DNA of 64,000 nt from Octopus vulgaris (Eukaryota). The stretch lies in contig OX597829.1 of NCBI GenBank assembly GCA_951406725.2, positions 34,844,001 to 34,908,000 on the forward strand. Reading direction: 5' to 3'. Below the pieces are notes generated by a model, which was not told where the DNA came from, ran no database searches, and saw only the letters and a program-made list of their open reading frames with translations. This document shows positions 51,816 through 64,000 of this stretch, one piece after another (position 1 is the first letter of the stretch; each line of letters begins with the position of its first letter). Both the position numbers and the translations under genes were made by a program.

Positions 51816-52359
51816 CTGCAGAATTGAAGTTCTGTCAAACAACTCATCTTCTGATATCCACTCTTCTATGTTACCCTACACTTAACTGATATCCTCTACA
51901 TCCAACTTATTCCCTATCTCCAATCATCTGTCACACTATTTTCTCTCTGTGCACTTACTTACACATCCAGCTTTTCTGGTTTTTCTATCCTCTTGTCTCA
52001 TATTCATGTTGTACCTCAAATTTACATCTCTTTCTTTCTCTCTTTCACTTTCCAAGTGTCTTTTCAAGTGTCTCTTCAGCAAGACACCTGCTCCTCTCCC
52101 TCTACCACAGTTTCTTATTCCTCTCATTAATACATCATTTGGTTGAGAATTTTTATCTTATAGATACTTGGCCACCTCGCTGCTGCTGGTGTCATGGACA
52201 CTCTGGTTAAGTGTTTCATACAGAACCTGGTGGAGCGCTCTGGCTTGTCTGTTCTTATCACACCATCCAACCAATACTAGCACAGAAAAGGGGATATTAA
52301 ATGATAATGATGATGGTGATGATATTACATATATATATTATATAATATATATATATATA

Positions 52360-52758
52360 GACGCAGGAGTGACTGTGTGGTAAGTAGCTTGCTAACCAAC
52401 CACATGGTTCCGGGTTCAGTCCCTCTGCGTGGCATCTTCTGCTATAGGCCCGGACCGACCAATGCCTTGTGAGTGGATTTGGTAGACGGAAACTGAAAGA
52501 AGCCTGTCGTATATATGTATATATATATATGTATGTGTGTGTGTGTTTGTGTGTCTGTGTTTGTCCCCCTAGCATTGCTTGACAGCCGATGCTGGTGTGT
52601 TTACGTCCCTGTCACTTAGCGGTTCGGCAAAAGAGACCGATAGAATAAGTACTGGGCTTACAAAGAATAAGTCCCGGGGTCAATTTGCTCGACTAAAGGT
52701 GGTGCTCCAGCATGGCCGCAGTCAAATGACTGAAACAAGTAAAAGAGTAAAGAGAGTA
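52360..52758 (+). mobile_element. tRNA-derived SINE
   Basis: Close match to 36409-36812 with a short internal deletion. Confidence 0.9.
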
Positions 52759-53438
52759 TATATACATTTATACACATGTGTGTAGGCATAGCTGCATGTT
52801 TAAGAAGCTCACTTTGCAATGACATGGTTTCAAGTTCACTCCTACTCCATGGTACCTTGAGTAAGTGTCTTCAATAGCCAACCAATATCTTGTTAATGAA
52901 TTTGGTAGACAGAAACTGTGTAGAATCCCAACATGTGTGTGTGTGTGTGTGTGTATAAACAAAATCGAACACATATATACAAGGTGTGTCTGTTGTTACT
53001 TCATGTGTTGGCTGCATTTTAGGCTTAAAAGAATATATTCTCAATGCACCTAGATATTGATGTTTCAACATTGTTGTTACTTTTGAATGCTGCATATTGA
53101 ATAAAGCCTGGTGCAAGCTATATTGCTGACTATATGCTAAAAGTTTAAAAACTATCTAGCTGGCATGTCTCAATGTTTCATGCAATGGAAAAGTTCAAAT
53201 ATGAATTAGAAAGAGCTTGACATATGTAAACAAAACTGAACACACACACTTTCACATACACAAAGTGTGCTTGTGTTGTTAGTTTGTGGGTCAGCTGCGT
53301 TTTAGGTGTATTTAAGTTAAGGGCACCAGAATTTAGTATGGTATTATCCATATAATTCATGGCACTTTGGGCAAATGTCTTTTGGCCGACCAAAATCTTG
53401 CGAGTGAATTTGGTTGATGGAATCTGAAAGAAGCCCAT

Positions 53439-53487
<49 letters not shown>

Positions 53488-53727
53488 TTTGTTATCTCCC
53501 TTACTTCTTAGCTCTCCTGTGTGACCCTTCTGTCAGGCATTTGCCATGATAGATCACTAGCCAGTATACACATTTTTTTTCTCTCCTTGTTTCTTTCTGT
53601 GTCCCTTTCTGTAGAAGACTGTAGGCTCGAAATGTTAAAGACTTTTTCAATTCCCAAGCATTATACTAATACAGCTGTTTGTTTTTTACACCACCTGTCT
53701 TCGTCTTTTGTTTTTTTCGGGAATTCT

Positions 53728-53780
<53 letters not shown>

Positions 53781-54359
53781 AGTGTGTATGTATCTTTGTA
53801 TATGTGTTTGTCCCCACCCCCACTGCTTGACAATAGGTGTTGGTGTATTTATGTCCCTGTAACTTAGCCACTTGGCAAAAGAGACTGATAGAATAATTAC
53901 CAGGCTTAAAAAGAAATTTCTAATATACTAATGAGTGTAGTGTCTTTATATATTTGTCCAGAATCACGCTAGATGTGGAGGAGGAGAGAAAAATAGTAAG
54001 TCAGTGAAGGAGAGGTAGTGAGAATAATAGCCCTGATTGAGAAGGAGTGAGTGAAAGGATGGGGTGAAAAAAAATTAGCGTTTCAACTCTGAGTATATGT
54101 GTGTATGTGTATGCATGTACATGGGAAGTATGTGAATGTTTGTATGTGTAATTATTATGTACCTTATTTATATATAAAATACTACAATTAGCCGTCATTA
54201 TTGACAACACATGAGCAACTAGTTAATTATAAGCACTGGGACCAATTTGTTTGGCTAAAATTCTTCAAGGTTCCATTTTCTATCAATTATCTTTCTAGCT
54301 ATCTATCCACACACACACACACACACATATATATGAGTGAGTAGACAAACAAAAGAAGG

Positions 54360-54620
54360 CACTCAACACATTTATTCATTTATTGGGAGTTATATGCATT
54401 CAAATCAAACTGGTTTGAACAATATTATATAGTAGAAGTCATCATGTTGCACCGTCTGAACTGCTTTTCTTCTAGTTCTTTGATCTCATGCTGACACCAG
54501 TTCTTGTCTTTTTAGGTGAAGAACTCCTTCACTGACGCTTTCACCTCCTCTTGATTGATGAAGCATCACAAGTATAGGAAGTGAGCCATGGATCAGAACA
54601 AGTAATAATCTGAGGGAGAT
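54360..54620 (-). mobile_element. Mariner transposase C-terminal relic
   Basis: PSDYYLF..SMAHF..FINQEEVKASVKEFF. Confidence 0.55.
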
Positions 54621-54687
54621 ATTTTCTGGCAATCTTAATGTACATAAGCAGTGGTTAAGCAAGAGCCAAACATGAGCATTTCAAATA

Positions 54688-55438
54688 CAGGGTGGGACAG
54701 AGAGGACAGACGTTTTTTAAAAATTCACAAAATCCTTAATTTTATATGCATACAAATTTTATTGACATCAATGTGTTCGTATTGAATTAGCATTTTTCAA
54801 AAATCAAGTGTGGTAAACAATATCCATCATGTGATGTCTGTTTTCATTGATGCATTTCAGAAGGTGTTCTTGGCAGTTGGCCTCCATTCTCTCCAACATT
54901 GCTCTATGCATTGTCCCGTGGTTTCAACTGTTGCCTGATGACCAATTTGTACGGGTGGAAATGCAAGTCCTCATGCAAAATATGCCTTACTGATTGATTA
55001 CCGATGCCAAGTTCAGTGAATACCTCTGAGCAGAGCGATTCAAACTCCATATCAAAGCTTGTTTGATGTGTTCCACATTTTCTGGAGTCTGTACTGTTCA
55101 TGGCATCCCCACTGGTCTCCTATTCATTAGTGTACCTAGTGTACAAAGTGTGTTCACCCAATGTAAGATTGTGTTATGGGTGAGAATAGCCTGATTTCGG
55201 TGAATGTTGATGTGGCACCGAAACTCACACTGAACTGTTGTGACACTCATTATCCTTCAATTAACTGTTGTAGGCAAACAGGCTATGCTCTATTGTCCAT
55301 AGTGTCATGGTTTCACCTGAAAAGAAAAAAAAAAGCTAAGACATCACGGACCGAATGTTACCTGTTGGACATATGTCCCCCTCCCTGGAGCTGAGTAACA
55401 GGCATTTCAAAAATGTCTGTCCTCTCTACTCCACCCTG
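54688..55438 (-). mobile_element. Tc1/mariner-superfamily deletion derivative
   Basis: TIRs cagggtgggacagagaggacagacg / tgtctgtcctctctactccaccctg with TA on both sides; remnant SVRHILHEDLHFHPYKL. Confidence 0.8.
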
Positions 55439-55444
55439 TACAAA

Positions 55445-55680
55445 GTAGTACTCTGCATCTGATGAAATTATGAGAGGATGATTTACAATGAGTTTGTTCT
55501 GGACAGTCAAACCATGGATGCCAACTTGTACTCTGAACAGCAAATATACCTGACATTGGTTAACAGAAAGTGAGCAGCAGCACAATGCAAGACCTCATAC
55601 TGTTTGAACAACCCAGAATATACTCCAGGAACTTGAGGGAATTAAAATGATGTCAAACGCAACATATAATCTAGACTTAA
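55445..55680 (+). mobile_element. Mariner transposase mid-domain relic
   Basis: QTMDANLYSEQ, HNARPHT, LQELEGI..YNLDL (YSPDL-like). Confidence 0.55.
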
Positions 55681-55983
55681 GTATTTAATTTTCTCAGAAT
55701 ATCTGGCCCTAGCAAATGCTACATTGTAGTAATCTGTATATGAGTTAAATATCATTTCATTTACTGAAAGTCTAGATATATGATTGAATATATTGTTTAT
55801 AATTCCTTTTATAATAGAGGGCGAGTGCTTATATTTTTTATTGATATACCCTAGATTTTTGCTTGGTTTATGGTATGGTTTAGATAATCTGGTATCCAGA
55901 CTAAATGTTACATCAAGGAAATTTATCTTATGGTAATTATTTTCAATAGTAATAGTCCAAAATTTTCGAAGAATTTACTGGTT

Positions 55984-56177
55984 TACTCTTTTACTTGTTT
56001 CAGTCAGTTGACTGTGACCATGCTGGAGCACAGCCTTTAATTGAGCAAATCAACCTCAGGACTTATTCTTTGTAAGCCTAGTACTTATTCTATCAGTCTC
56101 TTTTGCCGAACCGCTAAGTTACGGGGACATAAACACACCACCATCAGTTGTCATGCGATGTTGGGCGAACAAATTCA

Positions 56178-56233
<56 letters not shown>

Positions 56234-56383
56234 CATACATATATACATATATATGATGGGCTTAAGGCTTTGGTCGGCCCGAGGCTATAGTAGAAGACTT
56301 GGCCAAGGTGCCACGCAGTGGGACTGAACCCGGAACCATGTGGTTCGTAAGCAAGCTACTTACCACACGGCCACTCCTATGCC
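55984..56383 (-). mobile_element. tRNA-derived SINE
   Basis: Reverse complement of the 36409-36812 family. Confidence 0.9.
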
Positions 56384-56499
56384 TAATTATTTCTTATATT
56401 TCTCCATTTCTACTTTGCTACATTTGTCTAATATGAAGAGAGCATCATCCAAATTTAGATTGCCCCCACCCCACCTCACCCACTCAACTTAGGAAACCG

Positions 56500-56830
56500 G
56501 GATTCCATCTAGAATAGGATATATATCAACAAGATCAGTTACTTGCACTGAGTCACCTGAATCCATTGTCATGTTGAAACAGTCAACTCTATCAGATTGG
56601 CTGCAGATTATTACCAAAATTTATTAGAATATTACAAGTAGCTAGTATTATATCAAGACCCGACCTAGATAAATCAGAATTGTGCATAGCAAAAATGAGA
56701 TCCATATTAAGTAGTACTGGATTAATAGTAGAAGAACAAATCAATATGTCAAGTATAAATTTACTATTATTTTCCTTCTGTAATCTTTTGAACCATCCAA
56801 TAATCTCAAGTGTGTCTGACCCCATTTCTT
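56500..56830 (-). pseudogene. Penelope-like element RT relic
   Basis: EIIGWFKRL..KFILDI..STINPVLL and FNMTMDSGDSVQVTDLVDIYIL resemble the PLE RT motifs FIQxDIxxFYPSI and FDVTMGSxDGAEVCELVGLYIL (recalled). Confidence 0.6.
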
Positions 56831-56942
56831 ACTTGTTCTTTGTTTTTTTTTTACTATTTCTTTATTTCTGTATTTTGATTATAATTGTATTTTGTCTGCC
56901 ACTATATCAATGGGTTAAGTTTTTTTCTTTATCTATGCTTTG

Positions 56943-56974
<32 letters not shown>

Positions 56975-57225
56975 GAATCAGTGGACAAATAAAAGAAAGA
57001 CCACTTAACATGTTTATTGGGAGTTACATACATTATGCAAAACAGTTTGATTCAGATTTCATGCTACTTCAAGTTTCGAAACCCCTAACAGTTGGTAAGC
57101 GTTCAAATTCTTGCCAGTCTGATGAGAAAGGCTTCGTTAGGGGCTTCAAATCTCGAAGTTGCACAGAATCTGAATCTGTTTTGAGTAATATATACATATA
57201 TCATTATCATCATCATTTAATGTCA

Positions 57226-57293
<68 letters not shown>

Positions 57294-57294
57294 A

Positions 57295-57496
57295 GTAGTT
57301 AAGTCTATGTCTGGTCATAGAGTGACCAATGGTTTTGCAACAACAAAAGTCTTAGCCCCATGGATGACTGGTCAGACACTAAAGCTGAAGACAAATGTAA
57401 TTCTTCCTTTAGAGTCTGACAAGATGTCCATGGCACTAAGCCCTTTGTGGATGCAAAACCATTTGTCACTCTATGACCAGACGTAGACTTAACTAC
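57295..57496. repeat. Fold-back element with degenerate hammerhead motif (57411-57472)
   Basis: gtagttaagtctatgtctggtcatagagtgac / gtcactctatgaccagacgtagacttaactac; agagt-CTGACAA...AAAAC-cattt-GTC-actct. Confidence 0.75.
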
Positions 57497-58494
57497 ATTA
57501 CTACTTTAGAGTGAGCTTCTTTTTTTTTTGGATATATGATACATTGACTTGCACTTGTTAAAAATTTCCTTGTATCTTCCATAATAAGCAGGAAATGTAA
57601 TACCCTCCACTAGGTTATATGTAAACTCAGAAAGTGTAAACAAGCTTCCTGGATTTTCAGACTTTGCCAACTATAACTCAATTAATTGTTGTTGTAGTAT
57701 TTGTTTTTGCAATTCCTGTAGCTTCTCTTGAAGCTGTACTACTGCAGCTAATAGGGTTTCTATGATGCAGAAATTGTCAAATAACTAATGTGAGTTTTGA
57801 ATGATCTTTATCACCAGATGTTATATCCTTATGGATAAACGAATACACTGCAACACTGTAATAACAATATAATTGAAACAAACAGCACATGGAACTAATA
57901 ATCTAACAGACGCCATGATAGATCGTTAGCTACTACACACATTTTTTTCTCTCCTTGTTTTTTCTGTGTACCTTTCTGTAGAAGAGCATAGGCTCAAAAC
58001 GTAAAAGACTTTTTCTATTCCTGAGCACTATACATCTGTTTGTTTGTACACCACCGGCCTTTGTCTTTTGTTTATTTTCGTAAACTTTCCCTTTAATAAT
58101 CTAGCATGCTAAATCGAGCTGTAAACTTTGAAATCCAACTTTGAACTATCAACATATGAACTGTGGAACTAGCACGAACTACCTCACTTACTCAGACCGC
58201 TACTATTTATATGTAATGGTCCAGTCCACTCTCACCAGGGGGTGTCATACTCTTGCACAACAGAGACTAAATTACTAAATATTCAAAAATAAGTACTGGG
58301 ATCAATTTGTTTGACTAAGCCCTTCAAGCTGGTGCCTTTGCATGGCCAGAACCCAATGACTCCAATGACTGAAACAAGTAAAATGAAAAAGAAAGATATT
58401 TGTATGTATGTATGTTGGTAGCTGGGTACATAGAGGAATAAAAGATAGGCAGAGGGAGCTAAATCAAGAGAAAAAAAAGAGGGTAATCAACCAG

Positions 58495-59224
58495 TTAAAA
58501 GCCACAGTCATGCACAACAGCCATAGAAGCCAAGGATTTGAGTGTTGGAGCATTGTGCTGTGAAACAATACCCTTTGCATCAGTTTTCTTGGGTGTTTGG
58601 TATTTGTAGCCTTTTGTAACTGCCTCAGCATGTTGGCATAGTACTCTCCATTGACGGTGTGGCCATTTTAAAGATAGTCAATAAACACAATACTTTGGCA
58701 TCCCCCAAAACTGAGACCATCATTTTTACTGCAGATGAAACGACCTTGGCCTTCTTTGGAGTAAGTGAGGAGTATTTTCACTGCATGCATTGTCTCTGGT
58801 TCAAAATGTTGAAGCCAACAATGACTCTGGGTAAGGAAACGTTCAAGGAAATCAGCTGGATCTGCCTGAAACAGTGTTATATTTTTCGTGATATGATCAA
58901 GTGTTAGATGTGGGACCCATCGATCCGAAATGTTCATCATGCCAAGTCTGTCACAGAACATGCTAATAACATTGGCTATTTGATTTACAGAGAATCGCAT
59001 GTCATCCATCAGCATGTGGTGAACACAATCAATGTTTTCTTCAGTGGTGATGTTCAAACCTTAGGTCATCTTCAATATTCTCCTAATATCAGTTATCCCT
59101 TTTTGCACTGTTGATAAAGCTGGAGCATTACCCCTTAATGTAGCAACCATATCAGCATGAATGTCCTTGGGGGCTAAACCCTTTTTCTGCAATTGATAAC
59201 ACCACAAGGCCAAATTTTGTCCAT
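58495..59224 (-). mobile_element. Mariner transposase relic
   Basis: QKKGLAPKDIHADMVATL, TTEENIDCVH, RWVPHL, IVFIDYL; frameshifted. Confidence 0.8.
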
Positions 59225-59454
59225 TTTCAAGAGAAATCACTACTAGTTACTTTTGAAGTCTTTGAACAATCAGATGTTAGTGTACCTGGGGAAAAGAAAA
59301 AACAAAACAAAGCAGTCGTTAATATGAGGAGTAGAAATTAATGCATACACGATTTCACAGTTCTTGCATCACTTCTTCATAATCAACCTAAGAACTTTTC
59401 AGCTCACTCTCATACAGGAGATACTCATTGCAATGTATGTATGTAATAGTTTGC

Positions 59455-59870
59455 TGCTAGACACCCATAAAATTATTAACCATCTTACAAACAATAACTC
59501 TGAGTACCTTTTCAAACTCCACCTGTCTAACACCCGTGGACATGTTTACAAAGTCAGAAAACAGCACAGCTCCCATGACTTTCGAAAACATTTTTTCACG
59601 CTAAGAGTTGCTGAAGCATGGAACAGACTGCCGGCATCAGTTGTTAGTTGTCGGAGCACTGCATCCTTCAAAACTTCCATGCTTCCTGAGATTCGTCAAC
59701 ACTACACCTGATTTTCTCCCCTCCATACACACACAAGCATGTATCTGACTCATACACTGTTCGCTTTCCAGATATTTGTACATTACTGCTTATACTTTAT
59801 ACGCACTTTTTGACAAGTTGTGGTGCACCTGAGCACTGTATACAATTAATTTCATTATTATTATTATTAT
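59455..59870 (+). mobile_element. CR1-group LINE 3' end
   Basis: NTRGHVYKV..RKHFFTLRVAEAWNRLPASVV..SFK, stop at 59711, (ATT)n tail. Confidence 0.85.
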
Positions 59871-60477
59871 AACCTTAATTGAATACATTGAGTTTATGTA
59901 ACAAATTGTTTGATTGTACTTTAGAATCTGTAATCTTGAAATGGTTTGGGTGTAGTAATTTATTTTGGATATGATATGTGGGACTTGGCTAGATGGGGTG
60001 TTGGTATTTTGGTTTATCTTTTATCTTCTACTTGTTTCAATCATTTGATTGAATAAATCAACCCTAGGCTTTTTTAAAGCTTAGTTCTTAGTCTATCAGT
60101 CACTTTGCCAAACTGCTAAGTTATGGAAACCTAAACACACCAACACTGGCTGTCAAGTGGTTGTGGGAGACAAACACAGACACAGAGATACACACACAAA
60201 TACATATATACATCTACACCCACAGAAATAGGGGGTGCACTTGCACCCACTAAAATTTTGTGAGGGTGTAAAATTCAATATTGCACTCATTACTTTCCTT
60301 TCCCAGGCTTAGAAAACAAGAATAAAGAACTAAAATGTATAAAAAGAAAATCTCCCAAATCCCTAGAAAGATATATTACTGAACTAAAGCATTCACAACA
60401 CTAAAATTAAATATATATATATATTTTTGTATTTGGTTTGCAAGATTCTTTATGTGAATTCGTGTTGAAGCATATTT

Positions 60478-60698
60478 TATTGTCTAGGGATAGCCATTCT
60501 CTTTTAGTGCCTTATTATTTAACACACTCACCTTGTGTCTTGCAACCTTTTCAATAGTTGTCAATGACTATTGAAAAGGTTGCAAGATGCTACGAAAATT
60601 ATAGAAAAAATAAATAAGTAAATGAATGGAAATTGAACTGGTGAGTGTGTTAAATAATAAGGCACTAAAAGAGAACGACTCTCCCCAGACACAATAAT
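60478..60698. repeat. Nested fold-back element; one-armed copy at about 44085-44222
   Basis: Outer arms ttctcttttagtgccttattatttaacacactcacc / ggtgagtgtgttaaataataaggcactaaaagagaa. Inner 21-bp hairpin tcttgcaaccttttcaatagt / actattgaaaaggttgcaaga. Confidence 0.85.
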
Positions 60699-61489
60699 AC
60701 ATACATAAATACACACACACACACACACATATATATATCTACAACAACCGCAGTCATCCCTCAATGCTAGCATAATTAAAAAGCTATTAAACTCCACAAT
60801 CAAGTGCCCTTCACAGTTCAGCTTTCTCATTTCCTCAAAATACTACAAGTGACTCATCATCATCATCATCATTGTCATTATGTTCTACTGCTATTACCCT
60901 TTACTGCAACTAAAGAATAGCAACAACAAGACCAGCACTGGAAGTCACTCTTCAATGCTAGAACAATTGATGCCCTATTAAACAACACAGTCTCTAGCTC
61001 TTCTCTACAGTCAGGCCACTCAAATTTTTTCTCAGAATAATGCCTGCTGGAGCCTAGCAGCAGGTATTTAAAGGGAAAAAATTTGACAAGACAGTCAGTC
61101 ACCTGCTGACACTCGTTGACGCTACATCGAAGAGGCCAGGGAACAGAAGAAAGAAGAAAGAAGACATGCACCCAACACCAGAGGTGAAGACACCTCCGAA
61201 GGGGCTGCCACGTCAAAACGGTAGAGTAGTAGGGGCCGAAACTGAATGTGGTTCCTCCTGATGATGTCTTGAGCTAACTGGATCCTATAAAGGAGCTTTG
61301 TGGTAGCAGACCATAAAACACGGTTGAAATTCCATTCCAAGAGACCCATCATCACCATTGTCAAACTATTCTACTGCTACTACTACTATTACTCCAATTA
61401 GTAAAGAACCACTTCTTTCTTCCCTCCAATTTGAATGTATACATGACAGTTCCATGATAAGTCTGCCAACTGTAAATAAAATAAATTAT

Positions 61490-62565
61490 GAACACACAAA
61501 ACCACAAAATATGCTGCTATTTTCAATGCGTGAGACTATTCATAACCAGTGATTGTAGCTTCATCCATTTACCTGGAACAAGATGTGCAATGTGCACAAG
61601 GAATACCAGCCAACACCAAACCACACATCTTACAACACCACCACCACTACTAAATGCTAAATCACACTAAATAACTTCTACACATGTAACCTGGAATCCT
61701 AAAATCTGTTCCTATTCCTAACAAGAAAGATTATGTCTGATGTGTGACTGTCCTTTCACTCATCTCCCAGGGACATGATGTACTAATAAAAGCATGATAC
61801 TAAACCACCACCAAATCCACAGCAGAAACATCCCTTATAGTGGTAGTGATAGTCCATACTTGAATTGAAATCCAGAAGTCACCCAGATATCTACTTGGTA
61901 CAATAGTAAAATCAATAACCACAAACCATATAACTATAACCATATTCAGCAGTGCAACCATACTAACTCTAGACAACAACCCCTCCGAAAACAAGAAATT
62001 TCTTTAATAGTGATAATGAATCTGGCAAAAGAAATAAAAAAAACTTCTAGCTCACATACAGCACCAACCACTGCTGTTACCCCAGTGTATGACTACACCA
62101 TTACTTTCATTGACCCACAAGCACAACTCAATAATAATGCTGAATCTACAACGTCAATAATGCTGAATGTACAAGAGAGACCTTGTACAGTGAAAAGACA
62201 ATATGTGCAGCACTAAGTGAGATGCACCTGACCCCAGACATATTGGTTGTGGAAGTTTATATGTACATATGGCAGGTTATGTACTACTCAGAACTGACTA
62301 CAGAATACAGAAACAAGGAGAAATAGTGATCTTCATCCAAGAAGACCTGGCAACAAATGTCCTCCTCACCCACTCCAACACAGTGTATTATATGCTAATA
62401 ATACATGTGATTGACCTCAATTTGATCATAGGCATTACCTACAGTCTTCCTGATGCAGCTAGCCAAGGAGATCACAAAAGATGCTTTGTTGCTCATAAGT
62501 CAAACCACGAATGAGGTCAACCCACAGGCCAAAGTACTTTTAGCAGGGGACTTTAATTTTCCTAG
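61490..62565 (+). mobile_element. Degraded LINE 5' half (Cys/His ORF1-like motif and APE endonuclease)
   Basis: KICCYF..DCSFIHLPGT; SEMHL, MAGYVLLRTD, LLAGDFNFP. Confidence 0.6.
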
Positions 62566-62611
62566 TCTCAGCCTTGTCAGTGGGTTTGGTAGATGGAAAT
62601 GAAGCCCAATG

Positions 62612-62655
<44 letters not shown>

Positions 62656-62659
62656 CATG

Positions 62660-62691
<32 letters not shown>

Positions 62692-62856
62692 AATAAATAT
62701 TTGTACATGTCAAAATTCTTTATTTATTTAATTTCTAATGAAAATAAATGGGATATACACCAATACTATATTTGCATACACATGCATGAACTAAGAATAT
62801 GCAAAAGACACTAATAAATTATAGTAACTAAGGAATTTATATTCAATTATAAATAT

Positions 62857-63700
62857 TTAGGGGTGAAAAAAGTATTCGTACAGAACATAAATAACTGATA
62901 ATTCTGATTTAATACTTCGTAGCATAACCATTATTCAGTTTCACTTCAACCAATCTCTTCTTGTAGTTCTTAAGCAATGACTCGCATGTTTCTTTAGGAA
63001 TTTTTTCCCATTCTTCTTGACAAATTTTCTTCAAATCTGCAATGCATGTTTGGGCTCTTGAATGAATTTTAATTTTCAAATAACGCCACAAATTTTCAAT
63101 GGGGTTCAAGTCAGGTAACTGGCTTGGCCATTCTAATAATTTTATATTGTGATTGTCAGTCCATTTTTTGGTAGACTTCGTCATGTGCTTAGGGTTGTTA
63201 CCCTGTTGTAAAACCCACCCATCACAAAACTGGAGCTTTTCTACAGAGTCCCATAAATTATTGTTCAAAATATTTTGGTACATCTCTGCATTCATTCTAC
63301 CATCTATCACATGTAAATTGCCAGTATCATTTGCAGAGAAACACCCCCACACCATGATGTTGCCACCTCCAAACCTTATTGTAGGAATTGTGATTTTTGG
63401 CGAATAGGTGGTACCATCTTTCCTCCAAACATGCCTATGCAAATTTTGTCCAAACAATTCAATTTTCAACTCGTCTGTCCATAGAATGTTTTCCCAAAAT
63501 GTATCAGATTTATCTTTATGTTCATAAACAAATTTTAAATAGTCAACAGCAGAGTTTTTCTAGGAGAGTGTGACTTCAGTTCATTCCTATGAAGTTCATT
63601 GCTGATTGTTCGTAGTTTAACACTAGTCCCTGAAGCTAACAAATCTTCTTGCAACTCCTTTCTGGTGATCATTGCGTCTTTTTCGATTCTTCGCTTCATT
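62857..63700 (-). mobile_element. Tc1 (DD34E-type) transposon relic, truncated at (TA)n
   Basis: LWTDELKIELFG, GGGNIMVWGCFS, QQGNNPKH (second catalytic D lost), WPSQLPDLNPIENLW; frameshift near 63535. Confidence 0.92.
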
Positions 63701-64000
63701 TTTATATATATATGCATGATTTATTTTGCATTGCAAAGATTTTGTATATATTTTGACGTATTTCTTAAGAAAACCTTCAACTGTTATATGTATATATTAT
63801 TTTCATGTTTAAGATTTTATTTTTATATCATTTTATTGTATTTTATAAACCCATTTAATTGCTATATTTATAGATATATGGTGTTTCATTTTGCATGTCT
63901 TTTATCTGATTTTTATTATTATACACTTAGCAATTTTTAAAAAAAAAGATTTAGATATGTTTTTATGTGGATGTCTGTATTGTAGGCATGCATATGTATT

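Noticed and set aside
62909-63469. Active or domesticated Tc1 transposase
   Set aside because: Second catalytic Asp replaced, upstream frameshift, N-terminus truncated.

Overview
AT-rich, microsatellite-laden eukaryotic DNA. The SINE/LINE families and (TA)n density suggest an octopus or other coleoid cephalopod (inference). The left third holds one minus-strand gene, an ANKRD50 orthologue (P-loop NACHT/STAND-like NTPase plus ankyrin repeats), in three phase-0 coding exons: 22400-12216, 8375-6537 and 4893-2785, about 4,710 aa. The conserved core is split by very large in-frame low-complexity insertions, including a 10.2-kb uninterrupted exon. The rest is mostly transposon debris: RTE LINEs with a PHD-like finger inside the RT domain, CR1-group LINEs, tRNA-derived SINEs, mariner/Tc1 relics, a Helitron-like element and Penelope-like remnants. 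Not visible in the ORF track: about 11 canonical or variant minimal type-I hammerhead ribozyme motifs sit in short elements beside (TA)n tracts, several of them long fold-back palindromes. All calls were made by eye and TE boundaries are approximate.
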